64,000 nucleotides of DNA. Origin: Minisyncoccota bacterium (GTDB taxonomy: Bacteria; Patescibacteriota; Minisyncoccia; Phycocordibacterales; SBAW01). Location: contig JAGOUZ010000004.1 of the NCBI GenBank assembly GCA_018060985.1, positions 11,215 through 75,214 on the forward strand, in the 5' to 3' direction. A model generated the notes under the pieces. It was not told where the DNA came from and ran no database searches. It was given only the letters and a program-made list of their open reading frames with translations. The translations under genes and the position numbers were made by a program. This document shows positions 42,118 to 51,736 of the stretch, piece after piece (the first letter of the stretch is position 1; every line of letters starts with the position of its first letter).

Positions 42118-42708
42118 ATGCTGTTTGCGATCATAAAAACATTTGTAAAATTCCTGCTTGGTAAGGGTGTTAAGCATTCTTACTCGCAGTTCGGCGAAGA
42201 CGCCGTAGTGGGGGCATTCTTCCGTTCAAACAACGACGGGTACTACGTTGATGTGGGCGCGTATCATCCGCATCTGTACTCCAACACCTACGCGCTGTAT
42301 CGGCGTGGCTGGCACGGGCTCGCTATAGACCCAAATCCTGCTATGCAGCCGCTATTTAAACTCTTCCGTTCCCGCGACACGTTTGTATGTGCTGGGGTAG
42401 GCGAGGGCGAGGGTTCGTATCAGCAGTTTGCAGACGGTGCATATAACCAATTTACAAAAGGTGCAGGCCAAAAACTCCGCCGTCTCGATGACCTACTTCA
42501 TGAGCATCATGTAGAAAAAATAGATTTTCTTTCTATTGATGTAGAGGGGATGGATGTGGAAGTGCTCAAAACTCACGATTGGTCTATTCGGCCCAGACTT
42601 ATTGCTATTGAAGCAGACCTTCAAAGTCCTGCTGCAGAATTTCTTACGCTAAAAGGATATACATTGAGGTGCATTACTGGTCGCACGCTCATTTTGGCTG
42701 ACGAGTAG
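42118..42708 (+). CDS. FkbM-family SAM-dependent methyltransferase
   Basis: [13 protein letters not shown]...[11 protein letters not shown] matches the FkbM-domain N-terminus. The start was moved past the tRNA-Leu (MLFAIIKTF). Confidence 0.55.
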   Translation: MLFAIIKTFVKFLLGKGVKHSYSQFGEDAVVGAFFRSNNDGYYVDVGAYHPHLYSNTYALYRRGWHGLAIDPNPAMQPLFKLFRSRDTFVCAGVGEGEGSYQQFADGAYNQFTKGAGQKLRRLDDLLHEHHVEKIDFLSIDVEGMDVEVLKTHDWSIRPRLIAIEADLQSPAAEFLTLKGYTLRCITGRTLILADE

Positions 42709-42725
42709 GTGGTATACTCAGATAA

Positions 42726-43058
42726 ATGTCCCTGGGAGTTCGACATGTTTCTAAACGCAGAAAGGCCCGCCTCGCGGGGTTGCCAACGCGCAGCTCTGTA
42801 CTAAAAAATGCACTAGATCTGCTTATTTACCCGGTTGCTATTGCGGCACCCTTGGCGCTATTCCCGCAGGTGCTGCAGGTGTATCAGACCAAAGACGCAA
42901 GTTCACTTGCGCTTCCCACATGGCTTATCCTAGGCATCTTAAACGTAGTATGGATGTTTTATGGAGTGGTACACAAAGAAAGGCCTATAGTACTTACAAA
43001 CGTTATGTTGGCGCTCCTCAACTTTGCAGTTGTGGTGGGCATTGTGTTGTACACCTAG
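42726..43058 (+). CDS. SemiSWEET / PQ-loop small membrane transporter (3-TM)
   Basis: About 100 aa with a PQ motif at the start of TM1 (LALFPQVLQVYQTKDASSLAL) and the three-helix SemiSWEET layout. Confidence 0.5.
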   Translation: MSLGVRHVSKRRKARLAGLPTRSSVLKNALDLLIYPVAIAAPLALFPQVLQVYQTKDASSLALPTWLILGILNVVWMFYGVVHKERPIVLTNVMLALLNFAVVVGIVLYT

Positions 43059-43108
43059 CCCCCATTCACGCCTCCTTCAGTCATATTGCGCGTTATACTT
43101 AGTGTTAT

Positions 43109-43561
43109 ATGAATAAGCACTTACAACCGGCCAGTCTCGAGCGGTATAGTTTTTTGTGGTCAGAGGCACGTTTAATAATTTCGGCAGTCGCCCTCTTTCT
43201 TGGAGGCGTGTCACCACTTTTAGGATTGTTTCCTACTGCAGATCACTATTCGGCAGTGTGGCCTATCCTTAAGATTTCGTGGATTATTTCAGGTATAACG
43301 TCGGCATACTTGCTCTATCGCTGGTCAGAAAAGAAAACCTTGTTTGGTAAGAAGAACTTGTGGGACCGCATCGCCTTTTTGGTAACTGTTGTGAGCGGCC
43401 TTAACTTGGGTGTGACTGGTTTTTTGGGTACCAACATAGGCATGTCGCTGGTAGAAGGTAGAAGCGAAATGGTGTTTATTGTGACCGGTATGATCTACGT
43501 TGCCACAGCGATATATCTCTTGATGCGATGGAAGGATTCAGATCAAAGAATCTTCCAGTAA
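43109..43561 (+). CDS. Hypothetical integral membrane protein (4 TM)
   Basis: 150 aa and hydrophobic. No recognisable family. Confidence 0.4.
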   Translation: MNKHLQPASLERYSFLWSEARLIISAVALFLGGVSPLLGLFPTADHYSAVWPILKISWIISGITSAYLLYRWSEKKTLFGKKNLWDRIAFLVTVVSGLNLGVTGFLGTNIGMSLVEGRSEMVFIVTGMIYVATAIYLLMRWKDSDQRIFQ

Positions 43562-43571
43562 GAATCTAAGT

Positions 43572-44330
43572 TTACTCGGTACCTTTCTTTACAAAGCCCT
43601 CAACGGCCTTGAGGATCTCCATTGGGACGGTAAAGATGATCGTGTTCGATTGGTCGGAAGACACGTCATTGATTGATTGAAGTGTGCGCAGGTGTAGTGC
43701 GCCAGGGGAGGCGGTTAGCACGCGCGCGGCTTCTGCCATGTTTTGCGATGCAGCCAACTCGCCCTCGGAGGTAATAATTACTGCACGCTTTTCGCGTTCA
43801 GCTTCGGCCTGCTTGGCAATCGTGCGCTCCATATTTTCTGGCAGCGATACGTCCTTAAGCTCTACGTTGTGGACTTTAAGGCCCCAGGCATCAGTCTCTT
43901 TGTCGACGATCTCGCGAATGCGTTCGGCAATTTTGTCACGGCTCGCTAGGAGCTCGTCGAGCGTTACTTCACCCACAATGTTACGCATAGTGGTTTGTGC
44001 GTATTGAGAGATGGCGTACATGAAATCCTCGATTTGAAGCACAGCCAGTTCGGCAGAAAATACGCTGTAGTAAATGACCGCATTTACATTTACAGACACG
44101 TTGTCCCGGGTGATTGCCTTTTGGTCCGGCACATCAACCGCTTTCATGCGCATGTCGACTTTCCGGTAAAACTGAATGATAGGGAACACGAGGCGCCAGC
44201 CTGGCTCCATAATCCCGGTAAACTTGCCAAAGGTAAACTTAACGCCACGCTGATACTGGTTAACCTGCCTAATACTAATAAGAATGATCCCGAGCACTAC
44301 AGCGCCCACAATGAGTAAGAAGGTATCCAT
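43572..44330 (-). CDS. SPFH/band-7 (stomatin/HflC-like) membrane protein
   Basis: N-terminal TM helix, then the SPFH core (VNQYQRGVKFTFGKFTGIMEPGWRLVFPIIQ...VDMRMKAVDVPDQKAITRDNVSVNVNAVIYY). Confidence 0.8.
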   Translation of the reverse strand: MDTFLLIVGAVVLGIILISIRQVNQYQRGVKFTFGKFTGIMEPGWRLVFPIIQFYRKVDMRMKAVDVPDQKAITRDNVSVNVNAVIYYSVFSAELAVLQIEDFMYAISQYAQTTMRNIVGEVTLDELLASRDKIAERIREIVDKETDAWGLKVHNVELKDVSLPENMERTIAKQAEAEREKRAVIITSEGELAASQNMAEAARVLTASPGALHLRTLQSINDVSSDQSNTIIFTVPMEILKAVEGFVKKGTE

Positions 44331-44339
44331 AAACCGATA

Positions 44340-45755
44340 CTAGCGGGGAAACATACGCTCTGCAAGCGTTGGTATTTGTTCTACAGCGCCGCCCATGTCT
44401 CCAGAGGTAGAAATGAGAACCACGCTGTTTTCGTTAAGCACTTTTTCTATGCCAGCAAGGAGTGCTTCAGGAGTAGTGGCGCTCGTGGCGTGAATGCCGC
44501 TGTGGGTAATTCTTTTCGTCATTTCCTCGATGGTCAGCTGGGTTGTTTTGCCGTCTTGCGGGGGCTCAAAGACAAAGACTTCCTTTGCGCCTTCAAACGC
44601 GGTGTCATACCACGGCAGTGATTCCCGGTTACGCCAGGAGAATGTGTGCGGCTCAAAAATGACCACCAGCTCTTTAGTGGGATAGTGGAGCTTCATTGCC
44701 GCAATAGCGCTTTTAAGTTTTTCGTAACTTGAGCCAAAGCCTTCGTAGACGGGTATGCGGGTTTTTTCTGATTTGCGGTCTAAACGACGCTTAATGCCTT
44801 TAAAACTTGCAACTGCTGCGATAAATTGTTCAGGGGTAATGGCACTGAGAGTAAAAAGTAGTGCAGCGACGCCAACAATATTCTGTACGTTGTGCTCACC
44901 TAGTTGTGACGTTTCTATTCGCACCATCTTTTCGCCAGCTTTGGTTATGTCAAAGGAAGTCTTTTCACCCCACGTAATGTTAGTTGCTTGGAAGTCTCCT
45001 TGGGTCAGGCCGTAGGTCACTGCCGGTCGCGGTAGGCTCTTAATAAAATCCTGGCTTAATGCGCCCTCTGTACATATAACGAGCGTACCCGCAGCTGGCA
45101 CTAATGTGACAAGTTCCTGAAAGGGCCTGAGGTAATCTACGGGCGTAGGGAAGACATTAAAGTGGTCGTGTGCAAGCGGTGTGAGTAACAGGTGGGATGG
45201 GTGGAGGTGTAAAAACTTTGAGCGCGGATCAGAATTTGAAGAGGGGTACTCGTCGCCCTCAAGAGCGAAGTATGTTCCACTACCAAGTTTTGCACTTGCT
45301 GCTGGAGTGAGCGGTACGGCACCAATAAAATAAGAAGGGTTAAGGCCAGCACTTTCTAAACAGTGAGCAAGGAGTGCGTCAGAGGTTGATTTGCCATAAC
45401 TGCCCGCCACAACAATCGTTTCCTTATCCTGAGATAGTTCGCCCAACACTTCGGGGAATGAATAGATTCTTTTACCGCTCTCGTACGCGGCTTTTACTTC
45501 CTCATTTGTTTCTGGCACCAGTTTGGCGTTTTTCCCTATAATAATAACGTCTGCATTGCTGGGGATGTTGTTACTTGTATAAGGGGTCTTCCATACAATG
45601 TCTTGTTTTGACAAAAGTGAACGTATGGGGTCATACACCGCCTCGTCGGAGCCGCTTACTTCAACCCCCATGCTTTTTAGGAGTAGGGCAGTAGCAGACA
45701 TGCCAACGCCCCCTATACCTATAAAGTGGGCCTTTTTGGCCTCCTTGAGCGTCAT
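44340..45755 (-). CDS. murC: UDP-N-acetylmuramate--L-alanine ligase (Mur ligase family, MurC-type N-terminus)
   Basis: HFIGIGGVGMSATALLL (the MurC-type GIGGxGMS motif). The Mur ligase central domain (GSYGKSTSDALLAHCL) and C-terminal domain are present. Confidence 0.65.
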   Translation of the reverse strand: MTLKEAKKAHFIGIGGVGMSATALLLKSMGVEVSGSDEAVYDPIRSLLSKQDIVWKTPYTSNNIPSNADVIIIGKNAKLVPETNEEVKAAYESGKRIYSFPEVLGELSQDKETIVVAGSYGKSTSDALLAHCLESAGLNPSYFIGAVPLTPAASAKLGSGTYFALEGDEYPSSNSDPRSKFLHLHPSHLLLTPLAHDHFNVFPTPVDYLRPFQELVTLVPAAGTLVICTEGALSQDFIKSLPRPAVTYGLTQGDFQATNITWGEKTSFDITKAGEKMVRIETSQLGEHNVQNIVGVAALLFTLSAITPEQFIAAVASFKGIKRRLDRKSEKTRIPVYEGFGSSYEKLKSAIAAMKLHYPTKELVVIFEPHTFSWRNRESLPWYDTAFEGAKEVFVFEPPQDGKTTQLTIEEMTKRITHSGIHATSATTPEALLAGIEKVLNENSVVLISTSGDMGGAVEQIPTLAERMFPR

Positions 45756-45839
45756 GTAACCATGCTAGCACTAGCTGGGTTTAAGAAAAAGAAAGAGGCC
45801 GCCGGATATCCGGCGGCCTCGCCCATTGCGGGCCAGTTG

Positions 45840-46718
45840 TTAGCATCGCACGATGGCGACAAGGTAGCGTCCTCCGCCCTTGCGGGTGGTAGGAAGTTCA
45901 TCCGCAAGATAGGCGTGGTCGAGGTTGATGTTGTTTCGCGGTACCCCGCGCTTCATGAGTTGACTCGTCGCGATCTTCGGAAGGTCGATATAGATCGCTT
46001 CGCTGTCTATCCAGCCGAACTCAGCGAAGGTTCTGGGCAAATATCGCGCCGCCGCCTGATTGTACGGTGCATGGCGAGCGTCAGGATCATCAAACCGATG
46101 CACAAAGTCTTGAGGCTTGATGAAGAAGAGTGGCCACGCCCACACATCTTTCGCTGTGTCGATGTCGACATCTAGGGCGTCGAGCATGTTGTCGACTAGG
46201 TCGCCAGAGCGGGACCTGTCTTGCCCTTCAGTCTCGACACAGCGCCGGTCAATCAGTGACTCGCGTCCTGCGTGACCGAACATCAGTTGGTTTCGATACC
46301 CGATCACCATGACTCCGCATCCGCCGGCGCTGAACACCCCTGCGTTGCCGTAGTAGTGAAGAAAGGTTGCGTCAGCGGGCCAAGAACGGTTGCATCGCAT
46401 ATGAACCTCGCCCAACTTTAAGTTGCGAGTGAGGTCAACAGGCGATATCACCTGGCCATTGAACGCGGTGGGGTTCGGCGCCATGGCGATGGTGGCACCC
46501 AGGCCGCGCAGAGCGTTGTTCAGGCGCTCGGCCAGGTCAGGGTTCTTGGCAACGTCCTCGGGCTCTTGCAGTGGCCCGAGTGACCAGTTGCTGCCTTCAA
46601 AGCATGCTGCAGTAAACTGCACAGTCGAACCCGGCACTTTGAAGCAGGATTTGACGAGCGGCTCAATAGGAGGCCGTTCGCTCACGGTCGAGGTCTGCAT
46701 GAGTTGTCTCCAATTCAA
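45840..46718 (-). CDS. YfiH/PgeF (DUF152, Cu-oxidase_4 / LACC1-like) family protein
   Basis: SAGGCGVMVIGYRNQLMFGHAGRES matches the E. coli YfiH segment [26 protein letters not shown] with identical Cys-to-His spacing. A later DRRCVETEG matches DRCTYTEN. GC is somewhat higher than the neighbours. Confidence 0.5.
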   Translation of the reverse strand: MNWRQLMQTSTVSERPPIEPLVKSCFKVPGSTVQFTAACFEGSNWSLGPLQEPEDVAKNPDLAERLNNALRGLGATIAMAPNPTAFNGQVISPVDLTRNLKLGEVHMRCNRSWPADATFLHYYGNAGVFSAGGCGVMVIGYRNQLMFGHAGRESLIDRRCVETEGQDRSRSGDLVDNMLDALDVDIDTAKDVWAWPLFFIKPQDFVHRFDDPDARHAPYNQAAARYLPRTFAEFGWIDSEAIYIDLPKIATSQLMKRGVPRNNINLDHAYLADELPTTRKGGGRYLVAIVRC

Positions 46719-46790
46719 AAGAAGCTTTTCCAGTCCGCGATAAAAGTACCAGAATTTCTGAATTTGTCAAAATATGATAGTGTGTGGTTC

Positions 46791-47441
46791 ATGGCTAGCA
46801 AGCTTTCAGTTGTTGCAACTCCCATAGGTAATCTTGAAGACATAACGCTTCGAGCCCTCCGCATACTTAAAGAGGTAGATGTGGTTGCCTGTGAGGATAC
46901 GCGTATGACCAAAAAACTCCTCTCGCACTACGATATCCATACGCAAGTAACCAATCTTAAGGGCGTGCCGACTCTACTCGAGCAGGGCAGGCATGTGGCG
47001 CTAGTGAGCGACGCAGGCACTCCTGGGCTCTCCGACCCAGGTCTTGAGATCGTGTCTAAGGCACGCGAAGCCGGGGCTGCTATAGAGGTAATCCCAGGCC
47101 CATCGGCCCTCGCTGCCGCTATTTCTATTGCAGGCCTGCGTGCCCCAACCTTTACATTTTATGGCTTCCTACCTCTTAAGAAGGGCCGCGAGACCCTGTT
47201 TAAGGAGATTGCTGCGAGCGAGCGAGCCAGCGCTTTTTATGAGTCGCCCCACCGTATCCTTAAAGCGCTCACCATGCTCGCCAAACTTCTTCCGCCGGAG
47301 CGTCGTGTAGGCGTTTTCCGTGAACTCACGAAGCTTCATGAGGAATCTTTTGTCGGTTCGGCAGCAGAAGCGCTTGAACACACTACCGCTGACCCTAATA
47401 AACAACGCGGAGAATTTGTCGTCATAGTAGAAGAGAGTTAA
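46791..47441 (+). CDS. rsmI: 16S rRNA (cytidine1402-2'-O)-methyltransferase
   Basis: LSVVATPIGNLEDITLRALRILKEVDVVACEDTR is the tetrapyrrole-methylase-like RsmI N-terminus. Internal ATG at 46791. Confidence 0.8.
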   Translation: MASKLSVVATPIGNLEDITLRALRILKEVDVVACEDTRMTKKLLSHYDIHTQVTNLKGVPTLLEQGRHVALVSDAGTPGLSDPGLEIVSKAREAGAAIEVIPGPSALAAAISIAGLRAPTFTFYGFLPLKKGRETLFKEIAASERASAFYESPHRILKALTMLAKLLPPERRVGVFRELTKLHEESFVGSAAEALEHTTADPNKQRGEFVVIVEES

Positions 47442-47450
47442 GATTAAGCC

Positions 47451-47705
47451 ATGTCGAAAGAGATGGTGGTGATCGCAGCAGGTATCTGGGTTCTCATCAT
47501 TCCGTATTTGGGTGTACCAGGAGGATGGCGTACAGCACTCTTGGTTGCAACAGGTATCGGCCTGATTATCCTCGGATTCTTTTTGCGAGCTGAAGCGCTT
47601 TCACGCGCAGGGCGTCGCGGACACTCTTCTTTTGTAGAACATGTACCGCATTCCACGCAGGACACTACTCATGATCGCAAAGAAGGAATCGGCTCGCTCA
47701 ATTAA
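47451..47705 (+). CDS. Small hypothetical membrane protein (2 TM)
   Basis: 84 aa. It overlaps the start of the next ORF in another frame. Confidence 0.3.
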   Translation: MSKEMVVIAAGIWVLIIPYLGVPGGWRTALLVATGIGLIILGFFLRAEALSRAGRRGHSSFVEHVPHSTQDTTHDRKEGIGSLN

Positions 47706-48795
47706 TCGCAAATCGGTATACGCGCTCGGCACAATTGTGCTTAGTGCTGGGGCTTTTGGATTTGCCTACACGGCGTTGCCAGATTTTTTTGCAGTCTCTT
47801 ACAAATCAGAGTCGTCAGTAGCTACGTTGGCAGGCCCGCTTCCGCCACCGCCTCTAGATACCCATGCTTACGACACCAGGCTCCTAAGTCTTGCACAGGT
47901 GGCAACGTCGAGCCCTTGGTATCAGGCATTTTTAAATCCCAATGCTTCTTCTTCCGCATCTGTCGTCTCCCAGAAATGGCCTGTACGGGCTGCTTATCCG
48001 CGCGATAGCAGAGCTTTGCTACCGTTTAACCGCATTGTTGCCTACTACGGCAACTTTTATTCGAAAGCGATGGGAGCGTTGGGACAGTATGAACCGGATG
48101 ACATGCTCAGACGTCTGACTGAGGCCGTGGCAGAGTGGCAGGCCGCTGATCCCACGACTCCAGTCATTCCCGCAATTCATTACATTGCGATCGTGGCGCA
48201 GGGAAGTGAGGGGAGGGACGGCAAATATCGTGCCCGTATGCCTGACGACCAGCTGGATATCGGACTTGCACTCGCGGAGAAAATTAATGGCATTTTCTTT
48301 ATTGATTTGCAGGTGGGGCTAAGCAATGTAGAAAGCGAGGTTGCCATATACGAAGAGTACTTAAAGCGTCCTGACGTGCACCTGGCGCTCGATCCAGAAT
48401 TTGCAATGCAAACTTCGGGAAAGAAGCCGGGCAGAGTGATCGGTACGCTTGATGCCGCAGACATAAACTATGCCGCAGAGTACTTGGCCGGCTTGGTGCG
48501 GCAGTACGACCTACCACCGAAGATTTTAGTAGTGCACCGCTTTACTCATGACATGCTGACAAATTACAAGCAGATCACACCTCTACCTGAAGTGCAGGTG
48601 GTTATTGATATGGACGGCTGGGGCGGTCCAGCAAAAAAGAAAGGAACCTATAATTCGGTTATTTATCCTGAACCGGTGCAATTTACAGGCTTTAAGTTGT
48701 TTTATAAGAACGATGCGTTGGACGGGGAATCGCTTCTAACTCCTGCTCAAGTGCTAGAACTTACCCCAGCGCCAAGCTACATTCAGTATCAGTAA
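47671..48795 (+). CDS. Hypothetical secreted protein, possibly a glycoside-hydrolase-like TIM-barrel (DUF4015/GHL-type)
   Basis: N-terminal anchor (VYALGTIVLSAGAFGFAYTAL). The middle region (RIVAYYGNFYSKAMGALG...IHYIAIVAQ...GIFFIDLQVGLSNVE...LALDPEF) resembles GHL families. Weak call. Confidence 0.3.
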   Translation: MIAKKESARSINRKSVYALGTIVLSAGAFGFAYTALPDFFAVSYKSESSVATLAGPLPPPPLDTHAYDTRLLSLAQVATSSPWYQAFLNPNASSSASVVSQKWPVRAAYPRDSRALLPFNRIVAYYGNFYSKAMGALGQYEPDDMLRRLTEAVAEWQAADPTTPVIPAIHYIAIVAQGSEGRDGKYRARMPDDQLDIGLALAEKINGIFFIDLQVGLSNVESEVAIYEEYLKRPDVHLALDPEFAMQTSGKKPGRVIGTLDAADINYAAEYLAGLVRQYDLPPKILVVHRFTHDMLTNYKQITPLPEVQVVIDMDGWGGPAKKKGTYNSVIYPEPVQFTGFKLFYKNDALDGESLLTPAQVLELTPAPSYIQYQ

Positions 48796-48816
48796 TCTGG
48801 AACAGTTGTACTATGG

Positions 48817-49824
48817 GTGTACCACAAACCCATGACGTCGAATAAAAAAGCACTTTCAATACTCGGAGCGGGTACCCTTGTGTTGGTTGCTACGTACGTA
48901 TTTCCGCATACCGCGCAGGATCTTCAGTTTTCTTCAGCCCCAATTTCTACGGAATCTACATCCGTAAGTGTTCTCTTTGTGGGGGACATCATGCTCGACC
49001 GTGCCGTAGCGCAGCATGCGCGGCAATACGGTGACCGAATACTTTTTGCAGGCGTCCAGCAGTTGTTTAGAAGTACAGATCTTTTGGTGGGTAATCTAGA
49101 GGGTTCGATCACAACTAATGAGTCCGTGTCTGAGCAGAATCCAAAGATTCTTAAATTTACTTTTGACCCGCATTTTGCCGACCTGCTGTATTCGCTCGGC
49201 TTTGATGCCGTGTCCCTCGCCAATAACCATGCGCTCGACTTTGGAGCAGAAGGTTACGCCTCGACACAGGAATTTTTACGCGCTGCTGGTATTGCACCGT
49301 TTGGGCATCCTCTCAACAATAGGGATCTGTCGACGCCGCTGAGGATAAATGGTCAAACCGTTTGTCTCATTGGATATCATTCGCTCTTTGACCCAGAGTC
49401 GGCGTGGGTAGCTGCAGAGATTAAGAAACTGCGGCCAGTGTGCACCCAAGTAGTAGTGATGGCTCATTGGGGCGAGGAATACCAGCATGAGCCCACCGCT
49501 CATCAAATACGTATGGCTCACCTGTTTATAGACCTAGGTGCAGACGTAGTTATTGGCGCTCATCCTCACATTGTGCAGCCCATAGAGATCTACAATAATC
49601 GCGCCATATTTTATTCGCTTGGGAATTTCCTGTTTGACCAGGGGTTTCAGTCTGAGGTAAAGCGGGGCACTGCTGTTGCGGTAGAATTTGCCGCTTCTAC
49701 GACTACATTTACTCTTACGCCCGTCACGACATTTAAGGAGGTTAATGTTGCCGACGCCACTACTACCGCAGCCGTGTTACGGGACCTTGGGGTAGACGGG
49801 CTCTCGTTTACTCTTACGCAATGA
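48817..49824 (+). CDS. CapA/PgsA-family metallophosphatase-like protein (poly-gamma-glutamate capsule biosynthesis family)
   Basis: VLFVGDIMLDR, GNLEGSIT, LANNHALDFG, GAHPHIVQPIEIYNNRAIFYSLGNFLFDQ are all characteristic of PGA_cap. Confidence 0.7.
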   Translation: MYHKPMTSNKKALSILGAGTLVLVATYVFPHTAQDLQFSSAPISTESTSVSVLFVGDIMLDRAVAQHARQYGDRILFAGVQQLFRSTDLLVGNLEGSITTNESVSEQNPKILKFTFDPHFADLLYSLGFDAVSLANNHALDFGAEGYASTQEFLRAAGIAPFGHPLNNRDLSTPLRINGQTVCLIGYHSLFDPESAWVAAEIKKLRPVCTQVVVMAHWGEEYQHEPTAHQIRMAHLFIDLGADVVIGAHPHIVQPIEIYNNRAIFYSLGNFLFDQGFQSEVKRGTAVAVEFAASTTTFTLTPVTTFKEVNVADATTTAAVLRDLGVDGLSFTLTQ

Positions 49825-49837
49825 TACAATCGTACTA

Positions 49838-51736
49838 ATGCAGGAAGATCCTAATAAAGTTACGTTCTTTGCTAAAACCAACAGCCGTGGGGAAGAAATA
49901 CCCTTTGGCATTAAGCGCAAAGACCGCGCCCGTCATATGTATGTGATCGGTAAAACAGGCATGGGTAAATCGACATTGCTTGAAAATATGGCCATACAGG
50001 ACATTAGAAATGGCGAAGGTATGGCGTTTATTGATCCGCACGGCTCGACGGCCGACAGGATTATGGAATACGTTCCCGAGCATCGCATTAAAGACGTGCT
50101 CTACTTTGCACCGTTCGACATGGACTACCCGGTTGCTTTTAACGTCATGGAAGACGTGGGCTACGACAAGCGCCATCTGGTGGTTTCCGGGCTACTTTCT
50201 GCCTTCCGCAAGATTTGGGTAGACGCGTGGAGTGCCCGCATGGAGTACATCCTTTCGAACACGCTCCTGGCGCTGCTTGAGTATGAAGGCGCAACTCTGC
50301 TCGACGTGAACCGCATGTTGGTTAACAAGAGTTTTCGTAAAAAAGTAGTCGATAACATTAAAGACCCGGTGGTACGCGCCTTTTGGGTGGAAGAGTTTGC
50401 GGTGTATACCGACCGCTATACTCAGGAAGCAACACCCGCGATTCAAAATAAGATCGGTCAGTTCACCTCAAACCCGCTCATCCGCAATATTGTAGGCCAG
50501 CCCAAATCTTCTTTTGACCTACGCGAGATGATGGACCAGAAGAAAATTATCATCATCAACCTTTCTAAGGGTAGGGTGGGTGAGGTTAATGCCACGCTTT
50601 TGGGAAGCATGATCGTAACTAAAATTTACCTGGCCGCGATGTCTCGCGCCGACGTAACAGCGACAACGCTTGCGACACTTCCGTCATTTTATTTTTATGT
50701 AGACGAATTCCAGAGCTTTGCCAACGAGTCGTTTGCCGACATCTTGTCCGAGGCGCGTAAATACAAACTCAATCTTCTTATTGCCCACCAATATATTGAG
50801 CAAATGGAAGAAGAGGTCCGTGATGCCGTGTTTGGTAACGTGGGCACTACGGTGGCATTTCGCGTGGGTCCCTTTGACGCCGAAGTGCTCGAGACTATTT
50901 TCCAGCCGCAATTTACTCAGACTGACTTGGTTAACTTAGGGTTTGCTCAGATTTATCTGACGCTCATGATTGATGGAGTGGGTTCGCCGCCGTTTTCTGC
51001 CACTACACTTTCGCCCTTTGATCCTCCGCCTCAGAAATTCATTGAAAGAGTCATTCAAAGTTCTCGCACACAATATGCAGCGCCACGCGCTCAAATTGAG
51101 GCTGCGCTTGTTAAGTGGCAGGAGAGCGATCCAGTAGTTGCTGAAGCTCCAAAACCAAAAAGAGACTATTCTTCGAATAGAGCATCTTCCTCGTCGTCAT
51201 TTTCGCCTAGACCATCAACTCCCTCTGCGCCAAACAGGCCATCCCAGCCTGTTTCTGATGAGCGCCCGGCTGCGCCAGTTCCTCAACCTCCGCCGCACCG
51301 AACTCCTGAGGTGCGTGAAGCAGAGGCAAAAATAGTAGGAGCAGCTATTGCGCAGGAGCATGCGATGGCGACCAGCAAAGCCATGAACGAGGAGCAACCA
51401 ATGCCACCTCCGCCTAAGCCAGAACATCGGGAGCAGCACGCGCGCTCTGCTCATCGAGAACGGCCGCACACAGAACATAGGGATCATAAGCCAAAACCAT
51501 CTGCGCCAACTCTTGAAGGTTCAAAGAGTTTGCGCGAGGCGCTTCAGGCAGTAACGGGGGAACGCGCTCCAGGGCCTCGTATACACGCTCCTGATTTAAA
51601 AGCGACGATACATAATGTAGCGCCTCGCGCCTCAGACCCTGCACCGCAGAAAAAATCCGAACCCGCAGAACTGCCGGAAGGTGAGCTACGTGCCCTGTTG
51701 GCTGTAGATGAAATCGACGAAGAACATACTTCGTAG
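49838..51736 (+). CDS. Soluble P-loop ATPase of the type IV coupling protein (TraD/TraG/VirD4, TrwB_AAD_bind) family with a ~200-aa Pro/His/Lys-rich disordered C-terminal tail
   Basis: RHMYVIGKTGMGKSTLLENMAIQDIRNGEGMAFIDPHG...YFAPFDMDYPVAFNVME (Walker A plus the T4CP DNA-binding-domain pattern) and Walker B YVDEFQSF. No N-terminal TM segment. Confidence 0.5.
   Translation: MQEDPNKVTFFAKTNSRGEEIPFGIKRKDRARHMYVIGKTGMGKSTLLENMAIQDIRNGEGMAFIDPHGSTADRIMEYVPEHRIKDVLYFAPFDMDYPVAFNVMEDVGYDKRHLVVSGLLSAFRKIWVDAWSARMEYILSNTLLALLEYEGATLLDVNRMLVNKSFRKKVVDNIKDPVVRAFWVEEFAVYTDRYTQEATPAIQNKIGQFTSNPLIRNIVGQPKSSFDLREMMDQKKIIIINLSKGRVGEVNATLLGSMIVTKIYLAAMSRADVTATTLATLPSFYFYVDEFQSFANESFADILSEARKYKLNLLIAHQYIEQMEEEVRDAVFGNVGTTVAFRVGPFDAEVLETIFQPQFTQTDLVNLGFAQIYLTLMIDGVGSPPFSATTLSPFDPPPQKFIERVIQSSRTQYAAPRAQIEAALVKWQESDPVVAEAPKPKRDYSSNRASSSSSFSPRPSTPSAPNRPSQPVSDERPAAPVPQPPPHRTPEVREAEAKIVGAAIAQEHAMATSKAMNEEQPMPPPPKPEHREQHARSAHRERPHTEHRDHKPKPSAPTLEGSKSLREALQAVTGERAPGPRIHAPDLKATIHNVAPRASDPAPQKKSEPAELPEGELRALLAVDEIDEEHTS

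Noticed and set aside
45840-46718. Idea that the GC-rich 292-aa minus-strand gene is part of a foreign island or defence system
   Set aside because: The composition shift is modest. The protein matches the housekeeping YfiH/PgeF family. No integrase, repeats or tRNA-flank signature was seen.
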